From positions 18,925,037-18,989,036 of the forward strand of contig NC_068983.1 of NCBI RefSeq assembly GCF_001194135.2: a stretch of DNA of 64,000 nt. The letters are read 5' to 3'. This document shows positions 12,864-24,507 of this stretch, piece after piece. Numbering within the stretch: position 1 is the stretch's first letter; every line of letters begins with the position of its first letter. A model generated the notes under the pieces. It saw only the letters and a list, made by a program, of their open reading frames with translations, had not been told where the DNA came from and ran no database searches. This stretch comes from Octopus bimaculoides. Its lineage: Eukaryota. Made by a program: the position numbers and the translations under genes.

Positions 12864-13893
12864 CAACCAATACTACAGAGAGAAGTATTTCATGATCCCG
12901 AATATGGATATACATGAAATTGGGATTAACCTATGTAAACATTTCTAAATGGAGTCACTAAATAGATTCATAATTTCAAACAGGCTATCGATAAGAGTGC
13001 ATATTTACTACAGAAAAGGTAAATTAAAACGTATTGAAAGAAGTACGCTTACTATTGGGATTAATACATGCGTGATTGTAAGTATGTATGTTTGTTTCCG
13101 TATGTACATAAGTATATATAAGTTTCTTCTTGTTTGCCTGAAGCCCGATTTTCTGCGTCTTTCGCAGGCGCCGCCAAAATGGGAAGATCCTCAGTCTTAT
13201 CATTAACGGTGCGAAACTTAGTGTTACCCTCAGTTTCATATACGTATAAATTTTTCTATCAGACGTGTTTTAATTTACAATGCATTTTTCATTTATTAGT
13301 ACACATACACACACACACACACACACACATACACACACACATATACATACATACATGCATACATGCATACACACACACACACACTTATATATATATATAT
13401 ATAAATACGTACGCACATACATACATACACACATATACTGATATATACACGCGCGCGGGTGTGTGTATGCCTGCATTTTATAGTACAGATTTGCCCACGC
13501 TGTTATATGAATTCTCGCAGAAAAATCTACAGCGGAATCTGAACACTTGTGTGATCTGGAAAATGCTCACATAGAAACATCTTAGTTTTTGCAAAGCAAC
13601 AGAACGTATGCGCACAGTTTGAAACTGAACACGAATTATATCTGTAGATAACGAGAATGGCGGACTAGAAGTCTCAAGAATAAAAACGTTATATGAAAAA
13701 TACAGCTAAATGGGACATAAAAAGTTGTATCGTTTCTGTTTGAAATTTACTCACGAGTTAGATTTTGTAATAAACTGCGTATTCATTGTATAACATCCCA
13801 AAATTAGTACTCATAATGTGTCTATGTGTGCGTGTGTGTGTGCATAGATCTATTTTGTGTTTATATATATGCATGCACATATACATATGTATG

Positions 13894-13939
<46 letters not shown>

Positions 13940-14624
13940 NNNNNNNNNNNNNNNNNNNNNNNNNNNNNNNNNNNNNNNNNNNNNNNNNNNNNNNNNNNNN
14001 NNNNNNNNNNNNNNNNNNNNNNNNNNNNNNNNNNNNNNNNNNNNNNNNNNNNNNNNNNNNNNNNNNNNNNNNNNNNNNNNNNNNNNNNNNNNNNNNNNNN
14101 NNNNNNNNNNNNNNNNNNNNNNNNNNNNNNNNNNNNNNNNNNNNNNNNNNNNNNNNNNNNNNNNNNNNNNNNNNNNNNNNNNNNNNNNNNNNNNNNNNNN
14201 NNNNNNNNNNNNNNNNNNNNNNNNNNNNNNNNNNNNNNNNNNNNNNNNNNNNNNNNNNNNNNNNNNNNNNNNNNNNNNNNNNNNNNNNNNNNNNNNNNNN
14301 NNNNNNNAGAGAAAGAGAGAGAAAAAGAGAGGGAGCGTTGTTGCAATTATTTCTATAAATATATATTTCTGCAGGAAGACAGAATTGTTTCTAAACACCA
14401 TTCAGCCGTCTCTCTCCTGCTAATAGCGAGAAACTATAAGCTATTTGCTTGATACACATTCATAAATGGATTTGCGATGAAATATGTAAACTTGTTTTAT
14501 TAATTATTCGTTAGCCATCATAGTATAATTTATATTGCAACATCAGACGTGCGTGTTGGAGTTGATATTACAAATACAAATATAATTGGATACACCTCAA
14601 TTCAGTGGAAGATTTCAGAAAAAG

Positions 14625-15205
14625 TTGTATAGCTCACAAAGTCTAAAATATAAAAGTTTTAATCCATATAGCAACAGAAGTGAACCAATTAGGATTAAGA
14701 ATCATTAAATATTTCAAAAACACATATAAATAAATTTGAGGAAAATAGCGTAATTCTTTTCTTTTGCCACATTTTATCAGATTTTGACTGGCAAAGAAGT
14801 TAGTAAAATCCAAGGATCGAAGATGACTGCCGAAGACACACTGTTAGATTAACTGAGGAGTGATGTTTAATAGTGTTACTATTATAAATTCAAACACAGT
14901 TCTCTAGCGAGAACATTGTATAGCTTACGATGTCTAAAATATAAAAGTTTTAAACCATATAGCAACATTAGTGAACCAATTAGGATTAAGAAAATTATTA
15001 AATATTTCAGGAACACACATAAATAAATTTGAGGACAATATCAGCTTAAAGTTTTGCTTTTGCCACATTAGAACAGATTTTGACTTGCAATGAGGTGAGT
15101 AAAATGAAAGGATCGAAGATGGCTGCCGAAGACACACCGTTAGATTAACTAAGGAGTGATGTTTAAAAGCTTTACTAATATAAATTCAAAAACAGTTCTC
15201 TACCG
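14625..15205. repeat. Diverged tandem duplication, 2 x ~291 bp
   Basis: TTGTATAGCT recurs at 14625 and 14916, followed by GTCTAAAATATAAAAGTTTTAA; the copies stay co-linear to ACAGTTCTCTA with scattered substitutions. Confidence 0.95.
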
Positions 15206-16379
15206 ATTTCCTTTCTACGAGAACACGTAAAACCTTAATTACTCTATCAAAGCAAATATTTTAATGACTATTTTGGAAATAATGTAACATTAGCAGACAT
15301 TTTGTCTGATTCTACATTGAATATGGTCAATGTGTCCGGTAATAAATCCTCTAAATTGTCTTTCTTTTCCCATAAAGATATGAAAACATATTATAAGGAT
15401 AAAAAAGCATTGGATAAATATCATTAAGAGTGTTTGATCTGTCTATTAATTTTATTTTCCTAGATAAGCCAGCAGTTTCGTTTTCACCCTCTAAGAGATA
15501 TGACGACCAAAAAACAAATACATTTATAAAATATATATCTGCAAACTGGCTTATACATTCGGTCACATCTTAATACATGGTTACATATAGGCTACGTATG
15601 ACTATATACATGTAATTATAATTGCACACACATAACATACATACATAACACACACATACACACACATATATTCTTAAATAGTACCGTTATTTGTGAGTGT
15701 TTAAATGNNNNNNNNNNNNNNNNNNNNNNNNNNNNNNNNNNNNNNNNNNNNNNNNNNNNNNNNNNNNNNNNNNNNNNNNNNNNNNNNNNNNNNNNNNNNN
15801 NNNNNNNNNNNNNNNNNNNNNNNNNNNNNNNNNNNNNNNNNNNNNNNTTATATACACGTCGGTATTGTTTTCTTTATTTTCAACTAATAGTACGCTTTAT
15901 TGTGTTACAGGATGTAAAGGATAATCGATCTCTGCAAAATTTACAGTCAAAACGAAATGCTCCGTAATATGTCATGCAGAACATTTTGTACACTAAAAGT
16001 TCTACCATTTCGCACTATATATATATGAGTGGGTGTATGAAAGTGTTAGCATGATACTTTTGTTCATTTATACGTATGCTTGTGCTTGTTCATACAAGAT
16101 ATGTTGAACGTCGATATTTTGCATTTTTCTCTGAATATTCGTTTTAATTATATCATAACCACTTAAATGTTGTTAATCTAATCTCTAAACTCAACCCAGA
16201 CACGAATGATTAATTTTGAAGTTGATTTCTAATATAATTAGCGGAGAACTCAGTCATGCTTACAGTGTTCATCATATTTATTGTTTTAAGATCATACGTA
16301 TTAACTACGGTGTACATGGTTAATAACGGCAAATTATCGCCAGTCAGTGATAAAAATTAGCGTGAACATAAGTTGCATG

Positions 16380-16837
16380 CAGAAGTGAAGATTGATCTCA
16401 TGCATGATCAATTCATAGAGGCGATGAAAGCGTGCAAACGTGGTAAGGGCACTAGAGAGAATGATATTGAGACTGTGGATGTTAACGACATTAAATAGGG
16501 AATGTATTCTCATGGTGAGTCGTACCTGTTAGGCGGCTTCGACTTCTGATAAGACATCAACAATGAAAACACGGAATGAGAAATGCAGTTTTTAAAAATG
16601 AAGATGTGAGTGACAGTTCTAATTATAAAGAAATACCGTTGTTTTTCCACAGCACGACACAGCTAAAAGCCTGTGTCTAGAAAAGAGATGTAGGGACATA
16701 GTCGAACCTCGAATAGTGGAAGAACATGCAATGTCCGTCCTGGACGCGGCAAAAGTAACTAGAAAATTACTCTATGGTAGTTTCCCCGTGAGAAAATTGC
16801 AATGATATGTACACTTGCTTTGTGCATCAAATATATA

Positions 16838-16869
<32 letters not shown>

Positions 16870-18330
16870 AATATTAGGGACAAAATCCCAAATTACAGGT
16901 AAAAAACTCAATTAAAATCAATTTATAAAAAATTAAAATTANNNNNNNNNNNNNNNNNNNNNNNNNNNNNNNNNNNNNNNNNNNNNNNNNNNNNNNNNNN
17001 NNNNNNNNNNNNNNNNNNNNNNNNNNNNNNNNNNNNNNNNNNNNNNNNNNNNNNNNNNNNNNNNNNNNNNNNNNNNNNNNNNNNNNNNNNNNNNNNNNNN
17101 NNNNNNNNNNNNNNNNNNNNNNNNNNNNNNNNNNNNNNNNNNNNNNNNNNNNNNNNNNNNNNNNNNNNNNNNNNNNNNNNNNNNNNNNNNNNNNNNNNNN
17201 NNNNNNNNNNNNNNNNNNNNNNNNNNNNNNNNNNNNNNNNNNNNNNNNNNNNNNNNNNNNNNNNNNNNNNNNNNNNNNNNNNNNNNNNNNNNNNNNNNNN
17301 NNNNNNNNNNNNNNNNNNNNNNNNNNNNNNNNNNNNNNATATATATACTTGACTGCCTGCCATGCGATAGGCTGTGGGGTGATTTACAGGAGTTTAGGAT
17401 TATTGGACATATTCTGGTGGCCATGAAGCACATATACATGCTCAGATATTTGTAGACTAGCACATGGTGAGACCTTTCAACATGTAAATATGCTTGATTA
17501 TTTCTACCTCCCCTTTTATATATTTTTTGAACTGGACTGCAGAAACAGCATTCATCGAAGAGATACCACAATCGTTGTGCGTAGGATCGGCCGTCTGATG
17601 TTTGCAGACGACATGCTATTACTGGGTACCACAGATTGTGATTTCCATCAGGAAAGACAATTAATGTTTCAAACACTGAAACTATAGTCGTCTCAAGGAA
17701 ATTCTCTCAGTGCACACTGGGCATTGGTGAAACATCTCTGAGACGAGTGGAGAAGTATGAATATCTCGGGGCTATACTCAGGAATGATGAGAATTAGGAG
17801 GTTGAATTAGATGTAAGAACTGAAGGCGGTGGACGAGTAATGCATGAGACTCAACATGCGATTATCAGAAAAGGGAAGTTTGAGAAAGATAAAAATTCGG
17901 CTTCTCCAATCATGTTTTCATGCATACCCTTCCCTATGGTCATAAATATTGAGTAATAGCCAAGGAATATGATCGCAAAAGCAGGCAAAACGGAGTTTCT
18001 ACGAAGGTTGCCTGGGGTAACGCGAGTCGAGAGGGTGCGAAGTTTAGAGATTATAGATCCCTAAAGGTGAGGTGTTACATTTCAGCACTGCGAGGTCGCA
18101 CCTGCGGGGATTTGGATATATAATTAGAACATATCAAAACCAGTCGTTAGACAGACTTTTTCAAGGCGAGCCAACAGGGCTACGTTGGTGGGTAGACGAA
18201 GAACGAGATGGTTGTATGATATCCATAGTCTTGATTAGTCACGTTCGAAATCTGCCTGAAGATCTAATAAAGTTCTTCGCAATAAGACCCTATGGACGAA
18301 GATTTTGGGAGGTCTTATATTAATGATCTT
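16380..18330 (+). mobile_element. Decayed RTE-clade non-LTR retrotransposon (RT domain and C-terminus), interrupted by (TA)n/(TAA)n and a gap
   Basis: Frameshifted motifs in the correct order: LEKRCRDIVEPRIVEEH and RPGRG (~16680-16750), LMFADDMLLLG (~17600), VEKYEYLG (~17750), FLRRLPGVTRVERVRSLEI (~17995-18050). Confidence 0.85.
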
Positions 18331-18584
18331 TCCAAGAACAAAGGGGGGGGGGAGAACATAGATGGATGAATTGATGGAATATCTGCATGAGAAATATGAC
18401 GAACCCATTACAATAATGATATCTCTGTGTGAACTTACGCAGATACACACAAACACACACAAACATACATATATACACATATATATATAACTTAGATATA
18501 TTTTTACCACAGAATATATATACATGCTGTAGTTATAGAGTGTTACTACCTGAGGTACACGGTAGATGAAATTGTCGCTCAAAT

Positions 18585-21115
18585 TAGGGGTTACCAACAA
18601 TGTATGTATAATTATTGTAGGGAAAAGGGATTGTTTCAACTCATGGAACAGAGACTATGTGATAAATCTAGAAGAATAAGAAAACAAATCATCGGTTGAC
18701 TGAAGTAGAGCTCGAAGCCATCAAAGAACGGCTCTTGGAAAATGCCAGCAGTGATATCGATGAAAATACAGTTCTTACTAATAAGAGTAATCTCATAGCA
18801 CAGGAAAGGAACAGTGGTCGTCTACTTTAGGAGAGACATATAGATGATCTAAAAGAAGACAATAAAACTAATGGCGACATGACAGATGAACAAAAGGCAA
18901 TTTACGTCAGAATAAAGGTAAGCTACAGGAGAATGGTAGCGACATTATTTGCAAACTTAAAATTATTGACCGTTGGAAGTTGAACAAAGAAACGAAAAAA
19001 TGTCAATGATATTCTGAAATACATCAGAACAAACAACATCACAGAAACAAATAATTTGATCAAGGCAACAAATATTGTTGTAGCAGAAAATGTGGGTGTT
19101 GATGTCAAGAAAAAGAAATATAATGGGAGTGACAAAAGAAAAGACCCATGAAGGAAAAAAGAATATAGGCTGGGTTAGACATGCTCTCGAAGGAAATTTC
19201 TGTGTTAGACCTAAAAGAGACAGGGGAGTTTAAAAGCGACCAAAATACAAATACAAGGCGCACTAAAGGAAGTATAATATAGAAAGAGAGGGCTTGAATG
19301 TAGTAGTGGAGGAACTGAAACAGCGACTCGTTGCAAGGAAAGAAAAGATGGTAAGATACGACCAAAGAATGAAGTGTTGCCACCAGAATAGTTTATTTAG
19401 AGTAGATCAGAAGAGAGTCTATAAAGAAATAAATGGAGAGTGTACAGATGAGAAGTTGATTCCAGATACCAATGATAGTCAAACGTTTTGGAGTGAAATC
19501 TGGTGCAAAGATAAGTAGCACAAGAAGGATGCTGAATAGTTGCACGAACTGAAGAAACAGTAGTCTGTCCAAAAGAGGTACAACGAGTCATTTCAGCTAG
19601 CAAAGTGAAGAAAATCAGAAAAGAATGAGCGACTGGAAGGCCCCGGGACCAGATGGAGTTCAAGGCTACTGGATCAAAAGATTTAGTGAATGTCATGTAC
19701 GAATAGCTGCGCAACTCAACAACTTGTTAATACCGACCAAGTAACAACAGAGTGGTTGACATTGGATAGGACAGTACTGTGCTTGAAAAATCGAAAAAGA
19801 TAATACGGTAGACAATTACAGGCCGGTATCCTGTTTGACACTTATGCGGAAATTATTGACTGGAATACTCGCAGAATTATTGTACGGACATCTGGAAAGA
19901 AGGGTTGCAAGCGTAGGTGCAGAGGTACCAAGGATCAACTCCTGATAGTCAAATCTGTACTTAGAGACTGCAAGAGGAGGAAACGTAACTTAGCGATGTC
20001 ATGGATCGAGTATTGTAAGGCGTACGATATTATCCCACAATCTTTGATAATGGAATATATGAACCGATTTGGTATTGTATCGAATGTTGATCAATTGCGT
20101 GGAAAAAGTATGGCGAATTGGAGGCGGATCTGACAGCATACAGAAGACGTTTATGTACAGTAGAATTTAGGAGGGGCATCTTCGATTTTTGTATTGGGCT
20201 TGATACCTGTAACACTGATTCTGAGGAAAGAAAAAGCTGGGTATGTATTCAAAAGCCGCCAACAAAATTCAATCATTTGTTATTCATGGATGACCTCAAA
20301 CTTTATGATAAAGATGAAGCCGAAGTCAATTCCCTCATTGATACGGTGTATAATTCCAGTGCTGATATCAGAATGGAGTTCGGACTGAGAAAGTGTGGTG
20401 TGTTAGTATTGATGAGAGGCAAAATCAAATGTATGGACGGGCTTACGATACCATCGGGGAAGGTTACGAAGAAGATCGAAGAGGCGGTCCATAAGTACTC
20501 GGGGATTTTGGAAATGGAAATATTGATGAAGCCACTATCCCAGAAGGAATATAACGACGCCACAACAATCTAGACAGGCTTGTCCATTGGACGCTTTGCA
20601 ACAAGTATGGTCTTCACAGAGAAAGAAATTGATACGACCACCATCTCGAAGGCATCATCGAAAATAATAATGCAAAGATCCTATGGGATTTTATGATTCT
20701 GTTGTGCGACCATGAGATAGAATATAAGAAGACAGTCTTAATTGGGAGAGAAATTAAACTATACTAGTCATAAATATAGCATGCCCAGCCGACAGCAGGG
20801 TATGCAGTAAGGAAGAAAAAAAAATTCGAGAAATATGAGAGATTAGCTTGGGAAGTTAAGCAGTTGTGGTCGATGAAAAAAGTAGCAGTAGTACCAATAA
20901 TTGTCGGAGCCCTGGGAACAGTGAGGAAAATTCTCGAGAAGTACATGGAATAAATATGGGCTGCAATAAGAGTGGAGCACTTACAGAAAACAGCACTACT
21001 TGGAACCGCGCGAATACTCTGGAAGGTGCTCGAAAAATAATGTGTTACCTTAGTTCACTGGTAGTGAACAGTTGACACCATAGTACATCTCCAGCGCTAG
21101 AAGCTGTGCAAACGC
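18585..21115 (+). mobile_element. Decayed R4/Dong-type non-LTR retrotransposon (RT + restriction-like endonuclease), 5'-truncated and internally deleted
   Basis: EQRLCD; EELKQRL..RYDQR..QNSLFRVDQKR; APGPDGVQGYWIKRF; NYRPVSCL; RGTKDQLLI; KAYD; HLLFMDDLKLY; MEFGLRKC; then RRHN..VHW, KILWDF, KYERLAWEVKQLW..VVPIIVGALG, TALLGTARIL (REL-type C-terminus); 3' UTR abuts (AAT)20. Confidence 0.9.

Positions 21116-21175
<60 letters not shown>
21116..21175. repeat. (AAT)20 microsatellite at the 3' end of the R4/Dong element
   Basis: Directly visible. Confidence 0.95.
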
Positions 21176-21176
<1 letters not shown>

Positions 21177-21177
21177 C

Positions 21178-21215
21178 TTTCAAATTTTGGCACACGTCCC
21201 GCAATTTCAGAGGAC
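21178..21215 (-). mobile_element. SINE family A 3'-tail fragment
   Basis: TTTCAAATTTTGGCACACGTCCCGCAATTT is the reverse complement of the family tail AAATTGCTGGCCTTGTGCCAAAATTTGAAA; the remainder is too diverged to align. Confidence 0.6.
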
Positions 21216-23010
21216 GTAGTAATTCGATTATGGCATTCCGAAAGCGCTGCAAAATCCACTCCCTTATTGATAGTGATGATCAATCTAATTTGTTCTGTAA
21301 TAAAAGTCAAGATAACTCGATACTTTGGTACAAATGCCAAATCCACTCTAAACGTTTAGATATTTTCGATTTCCTTTAATAAATACAATATGTAGATTGA
21401 TAGCCTGGATTATAATAGTCCAATACATTTTAGGAAAACTTTGCTATAAAGCTAGAACACGAGCAACATTTAATTCATTCCGTAGCTCTTGATTAATAGG
21501 CTTACCATTGACTGGAAAACTCCCTGGCATTATTTCCTGAACACTTATTTTCAGTGAACATCTAGAAATAATGATAAATTATCCCTGGTGCCGCTACCCT
21601 GACTGAATAGGATAAGACAACAGCAGTAGCAGAAGATGCATCAAAATATAATAAACACCAACCACGCATGCCCATACGCATAACTATCTTGCCAGCCATG
21701 CTGCTTATTGTGTCAAAGCACGTTATAGATATACTTCTTCGGATGTGTTATCAAAATACAAAATACTACAAAAAACGTTAACATAAACATTATACAATAT
21801 CGATCGATGATTACACAGCAAATAAGATTAAAACGTTCAGCTGAAATTAGTATCAGATACTTAAAAATACTGAGGTAGTTTAATTTTCCGGAGAATTTGC
21901 TGTAATAAATTCGATGTGTAACTGTAATTCGTCTCAAATAATACCAGATAGCCTACAGGTAGTATTACATTAATAGAAGTATATTTTGTGAAACTGGGTA
22001 CATTGCCAATATATTTGAAGCGGCAGGCAGTAGTAACTGCAGATCTACACGTCTGGCACTTTGGTGCACAGCATTGAAACCTTTATACGGCTGATTAAAC
22101 AAAGTCATTTAAAATTGACTAGAATTCGATGCAATCGTCTTAAGGAAAAAAAAGTTTTGTGAATAAATATAGAGATAAATCTCTTCTCATACACCAAATC
22201 GATTTATGTAGCATCTGGTAGAAGACAAGGAAAGAGAATGAAATAAAGTTTTACAAATCGTAGTGAACTAATACAGATAGTCCATTTCATATGTTTCTGC
22301 CTCATAAAACAGCTATAAATATCCACATTAGATCTGCAGAAGTTTTAATTTTTCACGAATTTATATCAATTTCTCTTTTAGTGCAGTACAACTGATAGAA
22401 ATAGAGATGTGATTTGATGCTGTATTATCTATTAAACAGACAGCTCGTTAGTTCGCATACAGTTATGTTACTGCAATTTACAATAAAACCTTTAACCAAA
22501 TAATTGTTGTTGACGACACCCATACAATACTTTATCTAATATATCACAAACTATACAGGAACCAAACGATATACTATTTTTTTGCATTCTGTAATGGTTT
22601 GGTTCCTGTTCAAACGCATATTTGGATGACGCGTCTTGAAATTTCTCGTAAATTATGATTGTCAAGTTTTTTTTTATGATGCATAGGCATATATGGCCAC
22701 AGCTGAATGTAAGAAACATAGCATATGAGTTGCCTTTACTTCGATATTCACAAAACGTGACAATATATATTTTCACACCGATCCAACTCAGTAACCAAGC
22801 AGGTGATCAATATTATTCTAAATATAAAGGCTACCGAATATATTTAAACAAATCAATCCCCAAAGTCGTATTTGCAAATATACTTTGCTGTACAGCAGTG
22901 TAATAATATATTTGTGGTTTCGAGTGTGTGTATGTGTATGTGAATGAGTGTGTGTGTGGTCGATGGATGTGTTCCGAGAGTTACATAAATATATATGAAA
23001 ACACACACGT

Positions 23011-23538
23011 ATGTCCTGTAATACGGCATTTGTTTGTTCCATACGGAAATGCAGGTTAAATAGTAACATTAAAAGAAAAGGGACTACTGACATAGAAGCC
23101 CTGTCCGCTTCTTTGCTTTTCCTCCTTCCGAACACCGAAGCTCCTGACAAGAACTCAATAACTTTACACCATGCAATTAACTTCCTACATCATATAAAAA
23201 GCGCCGCATCTGATAAAACTATCAAATTCATTGAGGATTTGATTCATTGGCAGTCAGTTGGCAAAGTTTCTTTTTGTGAGATACATGTTCCCATAGCTCA
23301 TCTCATTGAGTGCTACAGTCCTGGATCCAACGTAGAAAGAAGCTGGGCACTTTCCATCAAGAATGACGACACACATTATATAGCTCACTGTCTGTCGGGT
23401 AATGCAAAGAGTAGAAAATCCGTAACGGCATCCGGTACGAGATTAATAGTGGGCAAGGTCGACGACGATCTCGGGCAGAATGTGATCACCGTCGTGGCTT
23501 GTACATACAGTAGGACATATTTCTCCAGAAATTTCTAA
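23011..23538 (+). CDS. Unidentified 175-codon ORF (possible host exon or divergent APE/EEP endonuclease remnant)
   Basis: Longest non-repetitive, non-gap ORF in the window; both other + frames are full of stops. Candidate acceptors at 23054|23055 and 23140|23141 (TACTGAC plus pyrimidine tract). Only weak motif resemblance to LINE APE domains. Confidence 0.35.
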   Translation: MSCNTAFVCSIRKCRLNSNIKRKGTTDIEALSASLLFLLPNTEAPDKNSITLHHAINFLHHIKSAASDKTIKFIEDLIHWQSVGKVSFCEIHVPIAHLIECYSPGSNVERSWALSIKNDDTHYIAHCLSGNAKSRKSVTASGTRLIVGKVDDDLGQNVITVVACTYSRTYFSRNF

Positions 23539-24181
23539 CCAGTTAGTGCTAGGTGGAGGGACGTTGGCAAATCAAGATAAACTCTATAGGCATAGTCTTG
23601 CTGACCGCTGGGCCTGAGTTGCACCTAGAGTAACAGAACCAACTCAGTGTGTGCGCTCGTACTCTGCAGAAGCATGACTGACTTCTGAAGATATACTGAA
23701 CAGATGCTGCCGCGTGTGAGATTCTAACCCAGCTACCATCGGACATTGAAATTATGTGGTAAACAAGACTGAAGAAGCAAACTATGAAATTTGTCCATCG
23801 ACATTTTTAAAGTCCCCTTTGAAAGGAAGGTGAGAATTAAGAGAGATGTGGTTGAACATGCCGAATATTACTCGAACATCCTATTCTAAACATGTATCGG
23901 TATGGTTGAGAAAATGGATAGATGCAGTGTAATTCATAGAATGCTCTTACTGTTGAAAGTGATCCCACATCTATCGGTTTCCATTGTTTCTTCTGCATTG
24001 CATCTCCATACATATAGAGTAATTTTTTTTTGAAATTTTGTCGTTAACCGTTGTCTATTTTTTTTTTGTTAATTTTTTCTTCTTTACAACCGTTTATCTA
24101 AATCAGCATTGACCGCTCTGTTTGTATCGTCCTAAATGTTCAATTATCTCTTATGGTTTTGACATCATTCTTATTATTACA

Positions 24182-24206
24182 CTTATTATCATCATCATCA
24201 TCATCA

Positions 24207-24274
<68 letters not shown>

Positions 24275-24290
24275 GTTGTTGTTGTTGTTA
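24182..24290. repeat. (ATC)n(ATT)n(GTT)n microsatellite
   Basis: Directly visible. Confidence 0.95.
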
Positions 24291-24292
24291 TT

Positions 24293-24507
24293 GAGGCAGT
24301 GAGCTGGCTGAATCGTTAGCACGCTGGACGAAATGCTCCGCGGTATTTCGCCCGTCGCTACGATCTGAGTTCGAATTCCACCGATGTCGACTTCGCTTTT
24401 TATCCTTCCGAATCGATAAAATAACTTCCAATTGAACATTGGGGTCGATGTAATACATTCGTCCCCTTCCCCAAAATTGCTGACCTTCCGGCAAAAAGAT
24501 GAAACAC
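24293..24507 (+). mobile_element. SINE family A, full-length copy
   Basis: GAGGCAGTGAGCTGGCTGAATCGTTAGCAC head, GAGTTCGAATTCC B-box, GGGGTCGATGTAAT, tail. Confidence 0.9.
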
